Below the pieces are notes generated by a model, which saw nothing but the letters and a program-made list of their open reading frames with translations, made no database searches and had not been told where the DNA came from. The position numbers and the translations under genes were made by a program. A stretch of DNA of 63,804 bases, filler included, from Octopus bimaculoides (lineage: Eukaryota), in NCBI RefSeq assembly GCF_001194135.2. It is 10 parts of 8 records of this genome, joined end to end, with 100 filler letters (N's around TTAATTAATTAA, not from the genome) between each part and the next. Parts side by side here need not be neighbours in the genome. Positions count along the whole stretch, not along the records: positions 20,358 to 32,685 come from NC_068992.1; positions 32,786 to 37,440 come from NC_069000.1; 8 more parts are not named here. One strand, written 5' to 3'. Shown here piece by piece: positions 23,425 through 37,090 of the stretch (positions within the stretch are counted from its first letter, which is position 1; every line of letters begins with the position of its first letter).

Positions 23425-26400
23425 TGTATGTGTGTGTGTATGTGTGTGTGTATGCGTGTGTGTATGCGTGTGTCTTACTTCTGTTTCTTATTTGGAGATT
23501 TCTAGAAAACCTCAAGGATCTTAGATGATGTTTTATCATACAATCTTCCGGTTTATATTGTATGTATTTTTATTATATGGAATTCATATGTATACAACAT
23601 GGTTGTCGACTTTAGGGTTGCTTTTTCAACCTGCACCATGACATAGGACACATGTGTTTTATTCAAGCAGTGCTCCAATGACTTCCATGCTGCTGAGTGA
23701 AAGTTTATTTTGTGATATTTTCGCGACAATTCCTGTAGGAAAATCGGACTGCAAAATTAATAAATTCTACCAATAATTTATTACATCACGCTATAGCCAA
23801 TATTCTCTTAGATCTTTGGCCTCAATATTTAGATTTTACTCGGCCAACCTTTATCGACGAATTATTTATTTCGAATAATATCGATATCAGACATCATGGT
23901 TGGTTCAATAACTATGCTGGGAACCAGTGTAGGATTTTTATGACATTCATGACCGTAATGAAATATGATCGGCGACATTGATAATATGTCAGCATTTATG
24001 TATTGCTTCGAAGCTTATATCGTAGACTGCAATTCATTGACAAGCGTTGCAGTATTTGACGCTCGAAGATTTCGAATAACAGAACTATTATAGATGTCAG
24101 TATTTACACAAGAAAAATCAACAGCCGAGACAGGAAACTATAATAATGACGGGGTAAACATAAGGGCCGATCCTCAAAAATATTTATCAGGGTGCTCACT
24201 TATGACTGGGTAACATGCACACACACACACACATTTATATATATATTCGTGTGCGTGAGTGTAAGTACGCGTATGTATATGCGCTTATGTGTGTGTCTGT
24301 ATGTGCATATGTGTGTGTGGGGGTCTGTTCCATGGAGGGGCCAAGTGTGTCTATGTACAAATGTCGATGTATGCTGGAGGTAAGCAAAACGAAACGTGTT
24401 ACATAGAATATAATATTATTAATAATTTTCCTTTTGTCACTGCATCAGTCTTTCTTTTCTTTCTCCCTTTTCTCTAATCACGTGAAAGTGCTATCAACAG
24501 GCCAAGTAACGGAATAGCAAGCAGGGTTATGAAACGATTCAGGTGGCAACGGAGCAGATCAGAATAATATCGGCATTGTTAAATTGTTGAAGTCAAAGCA
24601 TTTCCTCAAGAAAATTGAATGTAATAAACATTTATAATTTAGAGAAATTATTTAAATTTTGCCATATATTGGAAAGAATGTACAAAAAGATTAGTTAATC
24701 CGGACCGCTGTCATCCTTTACTATGATTTTAAAAAAAAATCTGTTCATCATTTAATCACTTTCGTATGATGTGAGTTATCAAAATGTGCTGGTTTGATAA
24801 TTATAAATGACAAGCCACTTGGACACTTGCACAAAATGGTACTAATCTACAAAAGACATCAAATGAAGACGCAATTCAAAGTTATGAAAATAGAAAAAAC
24901 GTAGAAGCAACACGCGGAACATTTAATTGCAATATGAATGAATGCTTGAAATAAAGTTTTTTCCTCTATATATTATCTAATCATCAAAAACTGGGAGTGA
25001 TGTCATTTTAATATATTTCATTATATTATTTATGTTCATTTATCAATTTTAGTTGAAAATACATTTAGAGAAGACTTGTACCAAATGTTCAAGCTACAAA
25101 TACATATCTTCCTAGTTATTGTACGAGTTATTAGAAAGTGCTTCCGGTTTCAAAATCGAAAAGATAAAATAGCTTATTAGCTGAAAACTGATACATTTAA
25201 AATATCTTCTTAGATATTGAATCTGTTATTATGCCTTTATAATAATTACTATAATACCATTCAAGGTCATTTTATTGCTTAAAGATTAAAGTTTTGTTCA
25301 TCTTCCTTCGAATCTGATGGAAATTGTTTTGGTGAACAAGAACGTCTAAAAAAAAAGTTTTCATTCCAACGTTATCAAGAATTATAAACTGATGACTTTA
25401 AATTATTTTTATTTGAAAATATGCTAAAATAAAAACCATTTTACCATTCTGAAATTAATTTGATATTATTTGGGTTTAAGTATTTCGTATAACAAGAAAT
25501 AGTTATTAATTGCATCAGCAGACCGCGTATAACAAAATAAACTCCGGGACGTTTCGCCACATAATCCTTTTAGGTTGGCGCAAATATATTTTGAAAATAT
25601 GTGAAAGATTACAAAGAAAGAACTTCTTCAGTGTTGGAACTGATCAATTAACTTTGCTCTCATTTTTATTTTACACATTTTAATAGAAATCACTGCATCC
25701 ATATACGCCGTGCTTAGTCTAATGGATGTTACATTATATAAATTTGCATTAAAACAATAAAAACAACAAACAAAACCGAACGATTCTTTAAGAAATATAT
25801 CGGGTAAATATGCTAATTAATGTAATGTGATGGAAACCCTTCATTATACTATAGAATTGTGGAAACGCTTTACTTAAAGTGATCGTGTGTTTTGTTATAT
25901 TTATGTCTTCGAAAATGTAAAAGACTACATTATGTTTCCGCACACTTTAGTTTTGTTTCCTTCACTCTATCATTGATAAATTATTATATTCCAAAAAGAA
26001 AATAATTATCTCAGTTTCCAATAGCTGCAGCAAGAATTATAAAAAAACATCGTTTATCAGTTCCTACGTTCTACAAAAACTACGAACACTGCAACATCGG
26101 TTTCTTATCATAAACGCGGCCGCAACGGACGACAAACTACATTTCATTATACATCGTTAAACCAAGCATGTTAATGAATACATTTTAAGTCATTTCCAGT
26201 TAACTACCTCTTCTGGAGATAAATATTTCTATCACGACTGAATCATGAATAAATAATATAGTTTAATAATTTGTTGTACAAAGAGCTTATGTACAATACC
26301 ATCAACAATATTTTCACTAAATATTTAATAAGCGAATTAATGAAAAACCGCCATAAATTCACATTAATATGTTTCTGTATTCTACATACGATATGTATAC

Positions 26401-28399
26401 AATACCGATAACAACGTAATTTTTTATATAGCCGCCCCCTCTTTTGAAAACAGTAGCAATGTGTTGGTGAAAGCATAGTCGTCAAATAAATTAGATTGGA
26501 GAATGTAGTCCCTATGACAAAATTAGAGGGAATGATTACTGTTAGTGATCATGAGATTTCCGGTCAGTACCAAAGTAGGTATAAAAAGAACATCGTGATA
26601 TATATTACAAATAATTCATAGCAACATTTCCATTACATATTCTGTAACACTTCCTAGAATCTTCGTCATAGCGTGCTCTTCGTAAAATAAATGTGGGCGT
26701 TGTTCTTTGGTGGCAGCAAACATATTCATCAATCATATTAGAAGAACATAGATTCCCCATTATAATGTAATTAGAAATTATGAGCTGAGAAGGCGTGATT
26801 CGAGGTGGTATTTCGCTAAATGTGTTTCCGATTGTCTTATAACACATAGGTACACATTAACGCCTCGTATATGTATAAATATAAAACTCACACACACGCA
26901 CATACATGTATATATATGTGTGTGTATAAATAACCTTATTTATGTAGCAATTAGGATGCACTTCATGACACTGAATCAAAACAATTTAGACCACGAAATA
27001 TTCAGTCAGAAATACTCGAAAGAAAAACCGCGACCCATGTTTTGTTTTGTTTTTCTCTTTCACGTTTTGTATTTCTCTTCCTATTATGCGTGTGTGCATG
27101 TTTGTGTTCATAAGTATAATTCTTCACGTGTGTGCATACCTCATTCTTAGTGACACGCCGACTCAATGGAACTTGGAATCCTGAGATTATCTTCGTTTTC
27201 AAGTGCAGCTGGGATTGTCTTAATAAATCAAGAGCTTATACTATACGGTGTGTTATATTCCTGTGTTTGTTTATGTTATTCAAATACATGCTACAAGCCG
27301 TTCTGTTATTACCTACATTTTGTTTAAATGTTTCACATTACCTAGGTGATAAATATATTCTACTTTGATTTGTATAAATCTAAATCGTTTGGTTACTGAA
27401 GTTGATAACGGACAATTTCAGATTTTTCCTTTATCTCCAATCAATTAGGCTATCTTTTTTTCTTAGTGTTAACTTTGGAGAAGTATTGAAACATAAGATT
27501 CTCTCTCCTTCTGAATTGGTTTTAATTGTCATTTACCAAATTCTCTCGAGCCGGGGATGTTTTTAAAGAAGTCAAGAATTCATAGTGTATTTCATATCCC
27601 TATGTTTATCTGTCTACTTTTCTCTCTGTATATACAATGTTTTCGTAAGTTCTTTCTGGAATCGTGCTTTTTCCCGCCGCCCAAGTAACTAGCTCGTCCA
27701 CACTCAAATAGTGTGCTTGTTTATACTGAGAGGATAGAGGATTTTTTCACGGATCACAGGATGTTTATACATTTGTTGTAAAACATGTGGTATAAACTAC
27801 AGGGAATCTCGATAAAATGCCTGCGCCAGAACTTTTAGACGTGCCATGTTTTTATTGGGTAAATTATTTAATTTTTGTTTTCTTTGGGTTACCTCAATAA
27901 TACAGTTTGTTATAAGAAAAGGATTTGGGTGACAGTATTTTTATACATATTGCTTAACGAAATTGCTAACAGCACGTTTCAGTCTGAGAGTGTTTTCAGT
28001 TTATAAATACGGTGCTGATGAAAATGTTAATGTGTGTAAAAGAGTAGCATAAAAACACAAATATGCGACTTTACTTTTAAAACTATTTACAAAGTGGGTT
28101 CGTATCACTAATTAATATTAAAAATTGAATTTATTGAAATTTGTATAATAGTTCATGCATAACAAAACTAATGATTAACGCACTCTTCAGCAGCGATAAT
28201 TAAAAACAAGTTTATAAAAATATAATAATGTATAATTAGGTTTAAAAGTTGTGTCGCATTTTTTGACATTATCATCACTTTGAGGGTACTTTTTCAATAC
28301 AAACGCTAAAATATGCATTAATTTTTAATAATCATGTGTATTTTTTTATTTGCAGCATACTTTAAATATACTATAACGGTTAAATTCATATCGATTTTG

Positions 28400-28540
28400 C
28401 CTTTTGAAAGTCAGTTTAGATGAAACCCATATCAGACACTGTATGATGTAGGAATTCAAAAGAATTTCTCAGCAAGACAAGCAGCTAAAAATATTTCCGT
28501 TCTGTCTATGGAAATGAAGTTTTAAGTGTCTGAACATTGC
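28400..28540 (+). mobile_element. Mariner transposase N-terminal HTH remnant
   Basis: ETHIRHCMM*EFKR..SARQAAKNI..SVYGNEVLSV resembles the mariner HTH start. Confidence 0.65.
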
Positions 28541-29317
28541 TTGGCATTTTCTTGCAGAATATGTTTCCGTCACCGATTCCTCTCTACACACCGTTCTGCC
28601 AATATAGAGCTTCCAAAAACGGCTGCAAAAGAAAATCCTAAGTAAACTCCTAGCAAAAAAGTAATTTTCAAAAAAAAAAAAAAAACTATAATAATAATCC
28701 AAGTCTACTTTCGCTTAGGGAACACCTTCAAGAAATAGAAAAAGTGTCTAGACGTGGTCAGTGCGCCCTTCATAATCTGACTGATTCTCACTTTAATAAA
28801 AGTGTTGGCCTCTGCAAGTCCTTGACGATTAGAGATGTTACTAGATTTCTTATGTCCATAGGGTTACGGCCGTTTCGCAATACAATTTATGTAGTATTCA
28901 TGTTAGTATGCATGCGCACGTATTTGCATTAACGTGGTTGCTCAGCATTGGGAAATACAATTGTATACTCAGAAATAAATACTAATAACGATAGTGAGAT
29001 CCTCAGAACACCAGAATATCATTGTTATATCAACGGGTTAAATATAAATATGCACTACAGTTCCACTTCTTAGTTACATAATACGTGGAAGGCCGCATCT
29101 TGGCAAAATTACAGTGATTTGGTCAATGAAACGTGAACTTTTTTTTATCAGATATGTTGTTTTGCGACGATTAAAGAGAAAATATTTTCGTCACATATGA
29201 TTACTCTGACATCAAGTAAGTTAAAGTACTAGATAGAAGTTGAGAAAACCACCATCCCTTATATAAACTAGACAAAAGGAAGAAAATATAAAAAATGATA
29301 AAGTAAAAGGTTGATAT

Positions 29318-29373
<56 letters not shown>

Positions 29374-30399
29374 CAGCAAATAATATGAAATAAATATTTG
29401 GCAACGCAATTTCACAGATGGATAGGTGTGGGACAAAGCATCTAATGAATTAAAAAATGTAAAAATTCATGGATAAATATGTAAAGGCAGGAAGGTCAAA
29501 CGGATGAGGAAAAATTGTATGTACAGCAATAAAGTTGTATACGATGACACAGTAGCATAAACATCAGAGAAATCATTTGAACTTTACAGAATTATATTCA
29601 CACGATAACTACACCGCATTGCGCTTCTTTGTAAATTAATATGGGGTAAGCAAATTACATACACAGATATACAAAGTAGCATATATACAGATGCCTATAT
29701 ACATAGATATAAATATACATATATATCAAAATATATAGAGTAATATACTCATACTCGAGTACATGCATATATGCAGCAATATAAGTAGTAGTAGAATTAG
29801 TAAGTTAACTGCTATTTCTAGATTTTCGGTATATTGGTGGAGCAATTTTTGCTGATCTCTTAATTATGTATATAATCATAAAAGTTTTACCGATAATGCT
29901 TTTTTTTCATACCGAACTACTTGGTAAAATTGTTAATTATTAATTTATTAATTAACCATAACCCGATAAATTTATCTTTAGCTCCTTCTAGAATCCTATG
30001 CAGCTGTAGACGCCCTACCTCATGTCCATTACATAATTGGTGTCTCACAATTCACCAGCTAATTTGTGCGCCATCACCCATTTGTGCTATTGCTTTTGCA
30101 AATAAACTTTATATAATTTCGTATAACTTGTTTTATATATGTTTTTTAAACTTTAACAGTTATTTTTTTTACCTCTTCTTCTTCTGGTTATCGTATTGAC
30201 ATTAAGGAAGGTAATTTTCTCAATTACTATCTAGCATTTTAATTTTATTAATATGAAGGTGTTCATATGTGCAGAAAATAATTTTTTCTATAATAATAGC
30301 AACAGCGTATGTTTGACATCGATGTTTATTTTTCTTTTACCAGATTCGACCTTCCAAACATTGTGTATGCAATGAAAACATTTTCTGTGTTTACTTAGC

Positions 30400-31250
30400 G
30401 AAAAATTGTTTCAATCGTGATGTTCTGGTAATCTGATGAGCAAACTTTTTTTATTTGCAATAATTTCGGAATATACAATTGCCGTGTATAATGGTGTGCA
30501 TGCATATTAATGCAAATATATACACAGAATTTTGTACTAATATTAAATACACATATCGATGTAGGGTGCAGCATTGAAACAGCCATTCGTGATAACAAGT
30601 GGTAGCTTCCTATTGGCAGATGCTGCTCCCCACACCATAAGACCTCCTCCACTGGTCTCAGTTAAATTTTGTATACAATTGTATACCAAATAATACTTAT
30701 AATCGTCGGAGACATTCAAATTCCATTTCTTGCATGCATAGAACAGAACCCTGGTCCATTCATCATAAGATACGTGCTGTTGCCGAGCAAAATCCACTCT
30801 GACATAGAACAATAACTGACGTCCTAACCGCCTCTTCATGTGGAAACTAATGGTTCAAAATCGCTTATCTAAAGGTGGCACTCGAGGATCCTACTAATAG
30901 TGATGTTTGATCATGGAAACAGAAGACCACCGTGATTTCTTCACAGCTCTGACAATAGCCCTTTCGCCTCTTTCTACCCTAGATGTCTACCAACATTAAC
31001 ATTGTTGTAGCCGTCAGGATCTTTCAGAAAATTGACCACTGGTGTTCTGCTTCGCTGAATCTTCTCGTTAATCTTGCGGTTACTCATTCCTTACACTTTC
31101 GGTTGAAGAATCTACACTTGTTCAATTTCAGAAAACTTTTGAAGATTTAGGCATACTGGATTTGTAATCTGTGTCACGGAGAATACCTCTTAGAACGCTC
31201 CATCAAGCTGAATTTTTGGAATGCGGTTTTGACTAATGCGCCTGCACATT
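30400..31250 (-). mobile_element. Tc3-like transposase remnant, heavily decayed
   Basis: EWTRVLFYACKKWNLNVSDDYKYY..SGGGLMVWGAASANRKLPLV aligns by eye to W..VIFSDEKKWNLDGPDG..GGGS.MVWGAFS. Confidence 0.7.
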
Positions 31251-31429
31251 AAACGTTACGGTTTGACGGGTTTACCGATATTCTGTAATTTGTTTACGTT
31301 TATATGTTAAGGATATTTTTTAATCCACATCATTAACTGGTTGATATATTATTTTTGTTATTTCTGTTCAAAGCAAGTTTGACCATTTTGATAGACTGTT
31401 TTTATTTTCTCTCTCCTCCAACCTCACTT

Positions 31430-32060
31430 GTGTCATGTAGTTTGTGCAAAGGAAAACTTTAAAACATTTTCTGACCCATGTTTCTGACCACATGTTTCTA
31501 TAAGTTCGTTGAATGGATTTTGGCAAAATATAGGTGTTCCGGAGTTGTTGTCTGTGGACATGTGATCGTTCCGATAATGCTTTTTCCCGGCTCTACTAGT
31601 TATAGTTCCCTGCAATTCGGGCATTTATTGTAGTAGATGAAATTTCTGCTTTTGCAGTTCATATCTGCATTTGCGACAATCTGTCCATTTTCTGTTCTAA
31701 CGCATCTAGCAGTAAGTATGTATTGACTCGTTCCGCATATGTTCTCATCACACTTGGATGCTGTGAACGTTTTATCCTGTTTGTTCATGTTGAATTTTAT
31801 TTTTGTTAATAGTTGTCTGTAGGTTATGTGGTTGCATTTTGCTCAAGATATGTACTTGATCAGTTATGCTGTTTTAAAATTATTCACGTTGATTTATGGT
31901 TGGCAAATTTGTGTCTGATGATGTTAAAAATGTTTCGGGGATGCAGATTGTGTGTTGCTAGAAAGCGTATTGTGATCCGGTGATAGGTTCGTCTTTTCTG
32001 TGTTGCCCTAAGTTCATCTGTAGGTATCTCTTTTGCTCTTTGTTTCCTATACCGAATGAA
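31430..32060 (-). mobile_element. Penelope-like GIY-YIG region remnant
   Basis: KCDENICGT..MNCKSRNFIYYNKCPNCREL*LVEPGKS resembles the Cys-rich C.S.N.IY..C..C..YIG.T pattern. Confidence 0.6.
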
Positions 32061-32469
32061 TTGTAAAAGCGAAATTATTTTTCACAGTTTTCGTTTTTTT
32101 TTCTATAATTTATGCTGTTCATTTCATTGAATCAGAAATAAGTCATAATATAAAATCTTGCGTTCATTTACTAGTCACTGTAATCTAATTTGTGAAGTAC
32201 ATTAACAAAATGACACGCATAAAAGACTAACTTTTTAATAATTCCCCTATGAAATCAGTCACTGACATTATACAGAAAACTAATAATAAATGCAGAAGAG
32301 TTATCCGGATATTCTGAATTTTAAATGCAAATAAAACCACGTACACATAAACGCATGCGCACGAATACACACGTGCGCACACACACATGAACGCATACAC
32401 ACGCATATATATACATACATGTGTATATATTTATAGTTATATATACATATGGTTATACATTTATATATA

Positions 32470-32517
<48 letters not shown>

Positions 32518-32785
32518 AAACAAATAATAAATGAGTGTATGCATATATACGTACAAGTATGTGCATACCGACATCCACCTGTATGTATAGGTGCATATCT
32601 GGGTACAGGACATTGCAAACAAAACGTAGACAAGAAAATAATGATAATCAGAGTACAGAAAACACACAAGCCACATAGAGAACATNNNNNNNNNNNNNNN
32701 NNNNNNNNNNNNNNNNNNNNNNNNNNNNNTTAATTAATTAANNNNNNNNNNNNNNNNNNNNNNNNNNNNNNNNNNNNNNNNNNNN

Positions 32786-32835
<50 letters not shown>

Positions 32836-33383
32836 TGTGTGTGTGTGTGTTTTCAATCGATACTGATGGCAGCCAAGCTACAAACTTAATCGTTTATCGC
32901 TGGGCTGCAGCCAACGAGGTTTGTTAATACATTTAACAAATCGCTCGATATTTCTACATTTTCGAATTCCACTTGATGAAAAATAACCCCTGTCTGGAAA
33001 ATCAGCTAAGAGTTGACAACTGGAAGAGCGTCCGGTTGTAAAAATTCATACCGCTTATTTATACTAGCGTGGAAAAATGAACGTAAAACGAACGTTAAAT
33101 GACCATTCAACGACCGTTAAGCCTCAACTGGTTAAGGTCAAACAACTGACAAGCAAATCTGTGGTATTGGGCAGAATATTTGCTGTAGACCATCTTTTAT
33201 ACAAAGACAAAATCTGTACATGATAACATTTCCAATCAGTTAAGACCAAAAACCATGAGAGCCACTGCTTGGTACTACATCCGGGCATTAGAGTCATTAC
33301 CTGGTACTGCATCATGGCGTATTGAGTAGAATATTTACTGTAGCCCATCTTTTAAACCAAGACACTATAGTCCATCTTTTTAG

Positions 33384-33480
33384 ACAAGGTATAAATAATG
33401 GCCATTACATGTTTTCCTTTATTGGAGTAAATTTGCTCCACTAAAGGGAAAATATGTGAAGACCATTATTTATACCTTGT
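33384..33480. repeat. 97-nt near-perfect palindrome
   Basis: Outer 18 bp are perfect (ACAAGGTATAAATAATGG / CCATTATTTATACCTTGT) and pairing continues inward to a short loop. Confidence 0.9.
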
Positions 33481-33711
33481 TTTCTATATCACTGTATGAA
33501 AACCAGCTTGAATGGAACGCAACCACGGATTCACAATATAGAATGGTGATGAACTATAACCTTGGACCCTGCCATAAGAGTATAGGGAATTCTTTACTAA
33601 TCTAAACAGTATTGTTAGCCTAGTGTGCCAACAGAGAGCTTATGAAGTATTTTGCCCGGATTGATAATCCCTCACTAATAGCCATGTTGTTACATTATCT
33701 TTTATATGTCT

Positions 33712-33895
33712 AAGGTGGCGAGCTGGCAGAATGCTTAACGGCATTTTATCCACCTCGACGTTCTGAGTTCAAATACCATCGAGGTCGACTTTGCCTTTTA
33801 TTTTTTCGGGGTCGATAAATTAAATACCTGTGAAACACTGGGTCGATGTTATCGACTAGTCACCTCCCACAAAATTTCAGGTCATGTTCTTTTAG
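33712..33895 (+). mobile_element. Meta-type SINE
   Basis: GGCGAGCTGGCAGAA..GAGTTCAAAT..GTCGACTTTGCCTTT..GGGGTCGATAAATTAA. Confidence 0.85.
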
Positions 33896-33969
33896 TAGAA
33901 AATATTACTTATGTATCTATATAGCTGGATCTCTTTCCCTCATTTCTTTCTCTTTCGCTCTCTTCCCTA

Positions 33970-34008
<39 letters not shown>

Positions 34009-34448
34009 TTTCTCCCCATCTATCTTTCTCTCTCTTTCTCTCTTACTTCCTCTTCCCGCCCCCATCTCTCTTTAGTTTGAAACGGGTTGGAAATGAGTAG
34101 ACAGAAACATTGCGATTACCTTCGGGCGAATTCTAAGCAGAGGCACCGACAAGAACCCACTTCACTCTTGTGATGATTGTGAACTCCCAGCACGCAGCAA
34201 GGCAGGGCTTTCTTCCCACATTAATATGCATAAACCTACTCAACATCGCCATAATACGTCTCTTGCATATTAACCAATGTTTGACTTATCAAAATAAAGA
34301 AAGCAAATTGCGGAACCCTTATCTGTCGTTTACGACATAGGAGCCCGCCATAAATGCATCCCTGTGTGCGTATGTGTGTGTGTATGCTATATGCACATAT
34401 GATTGTGTACATGTGTGCATTCTAGGTAACTCAAACTTAAATGGAGAA

Positions 34449-34847
34449 TACAGGGTGTCCAAGAATTAACTATTTATTTCAATGATTAAAAATCATATTA
34501 CATACAAATTAAGAGGAATGACCACCAAAGAGGATTCCTAACATGCTAAAGATAGACGTTCTGTGTCTAGTTCTGGAAATTGTGTTTTGTAAGCGACAGA
34601 CTACGCTGATGAGTTTGCAGATATTTACATTCGAAAATATTAACAAACGAAATCATGGTACGTAGGTAATCGTTTTTTATTTCGTATATTTTCATTTGTC
34701 TTGGTCATTTTTACATTCTGGTATTTGCTGAAATTTTTCTTGAGAACACACGCTTTGTGGTAAGACGATTTGACGTCTATCTTTTGCATATTAGGAATCC
34801 ACTTTGATGGTCATTCCTCATAATTTGTATGTAATATAATTTTTAAT
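34449..34847. mobile_element. Tc1/mariner-type MITE with internal inverted arms
   Basis: Starts TA-CAGGGTG. Arms 34485-34559 and 34773-34847 are reverse complementary with few mismatches. Confidence 0.7.
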
Positions 34848-35424
34848 CTTCAGATTTTTAAAAAATGCTAAGTCACTGGTTTTAATTGATTAATATCAGT
34901 TTCTTCCCTCATTATTTATTATTTATTTCAATGTTTAAAAAAATCTGACTGAATTTTATTTTTATTATGAATCTTACGTCAAAACTGTACAGAAAATTTT
35001 TCATCATGTGTTCCGTCTGAATCCCTGCAAATTTCAAATCTCACCTTAGCGTTGCAAATCCCATTTTGAAGCATTTCAGGAGTTCTCTCCTGCACTGCTA
35101 ACTGAATGCATTCAGCTAAACTATTGCTCTACCCTGGGGGGGGGGGGCAAAGAAAATGATTGCGGTCATATTGTAAAAAAAAGCTGTCGTGGACAAATAA
35201 GCAAGATCTGACAAAAATGAAAATAAAATTATTAAAAAAAAATAAAAATTATAAAATTATAAGGAAAATTAAACAGGAGTGGCTGTGTGGTAAGTAGCTT
35301 GCTTACCAACCACATGGAGAGTAGAGTATATAAAACCTAATTTTGCAAAAAAATTCCAATGAATTATTGCAACAATCTTATCATGTCAATAAGTTTTGTG
35401 TTATGAACTAACAAAATTAAGCAC

Positions 35425-35585
35425 AGGTATTGGCTGTGTGGCTAAGAAGCTTGCTTTGCAATCACGGGGTTTTGGTTTCAGTCCCACTACGCGGAAATTT
35501 GAGCAAGTGTCACCTCCAGGCTGACCAATAACTTGTGATTGAATCTGGTAGACGGAAACAGTGGAAATCCACTGTGTACATATAT
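35425..35585 (+). mobile_element. CORE-type SINE head, diverged
   Basis: TGGCTGTGTGGCTAAGAAGCTTGC..TCTGGTAGACGGAAAC. Confidence 0.7.
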
Positions 35586-35589
35586 ATAT

Positions 35590-36121
35590 ATTTATTCTTT
35601 TACTTGTTTCAGTCATTTGACTGCGGCCATACTGGGGCACCACCTTAAAGGGTATTTTTAGTCGAAGAAATCGACCCCAGGACTTATTCTTTGCAAGCCT
35701 AGTACTTATTCTATAGGTCTCTATTGTTGAATCGCTAAGTTACGGGGACGTACGTAAACACACACATAAATATATAGATAGATAGATAGATAGATACATA
35801 CATACATATATATNNNNNNNNNNNNNNNNNNNNNNNNNNNNNNNNNNNNNNNNNNNNNNNNNNNNNNNNNNNNNNNNNNNNNNNNNNNNNNNNNNNNNNN
35901 NNNNNNNNNNNNNNNNNNNNNNNNNNNNNNNNNNNNNNNNNNNNNNNNNNNNNNNNNNNNNNNNNNNNNNNNNNNNNNNNNNNNNNNNNNNNNNNNNNNN
36001 NNNNNNNNNNNNNNNNNNNNNNNNNNNNNNNNNNNNNNNNNNNNNNNNNNNNNNNNNNNNNNNNNNNNNATATACACACACGACGGGGTTCTTTCAGTTT
36101 CCGTCTACCAAATCCACTCAC
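35590..36121 (-). mobile_element. CORE-type SINE with gap in the internal microsatellite
   Basis: Reverse complement of the 3' half lies left of the gap and part of the head (CTTTCAGTTTCCGTCTACCAAATCCACTC) lies right of it. Confidence 0.85.
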
Positions 36122-36311
36122 AAAAAAAATATTACATTATTAGAAAAGAAAGTGCCAGATTGTTTGAACACTTCCAAGGAATCTTGAATAAACCAGATCT
36201 AGTCTCAGTTTTTAGCGTCAACTCAGGACTACTGGGTGAATGTCTGTGAGGAAGAACTGATGCGATCAAAGAGGAGGAATCTAAAGAATTATTGCTGGAT
36301 GCGAATAAATG

Positions 36312-36382
36312 TTATAAGAATTTAGAAACTTATAAGAATTTAGAAACTTATAAGAATTTAGAAACTTATAAGAATTTAGAAA
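36312..36382. repeat. 18-bp tandem repeat, about 4 copies (TTATAAGAATTTAGAAAC)
   Basis: Read directly from the sequence. Confidence 0.92.
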
Positions 36383-36969
36383 TAATTCTTTCCCGCTCTC
36401 TCGAAGTTTCTAAATTTTTATGGCGTAAACAATGAAGTAGTTTTTTGATCCTCAGGACTATTCCCTGGTGATGTTTATCACCAGGATATCGAAGCTGAGA
36501 AGTACAGTCATTGGTTCTTCTAGTTGTTTTCAGTCTCCAAATGTTGAAAACACTTTCTATCTTAACGATATAGGATAGAAATTCCAACTGAGATTTGTAG
36601 TATTGGTTACAGCATAATTCCAAATATTGGTTTCAAATGTTGGTACAAGGACAGCAATTTTAGGGAAGGGTGTAAGTTGATTACATCAACCCCATTCCTC
36701 AACACGTACTTATTTTATCGACCTCGAAAGGATGGAAGACAAAGTCGATATGTGCATCTTCTTCGTTACTCTTAAATTTAAAATTCTAACTTCTCATTCT
36801 GCCATGATTTAGAATTTATCTAGAAGTGATTATCTCTCTTATAATAACGACCGCCAGGGTTCCCAGTGTGCAAAATATAAATTAAACAAGAACATTAAAT
36901 TTTTGACCTGTCCCAATAGAGGCAGCCCACCGCAGTATCTGTAGTCTACGCTGTGCAACGTTCTGATCT

Positions 36970-37090
36970 GGGTTAGGATTGGGATTAGAGTTTAGGATTA
37001 GGGTTTAGAGATTAGGGTTATGCTTAGGCCAGGGTAAGGGTTAAGGTTTAATGGTTAGGGTTAGGGTTTAGGGTTAAGATTACGGTTAGA
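36970..37090 (+). repeat. Degenerate (TTAGGG)n-like tract
   Basis: GGTTAGGGTTAGGGTTTAGGGTTAAG core with variant units on either side. Confidence 0.8.

Noticed and set aside
21700-24100. Possible very old LINE (21700-22330) and Tc1 (23700-24100) traces
   Set aside because: Only vague motif similarity, too decayed to call by eye.
26605-26760. Small minus-strand ORF beginning MGNLCSS (myristoylation-like)
   Set aside because: About 51 aa with no homology recognised and no convincing splice or promoter context; expected by chance.
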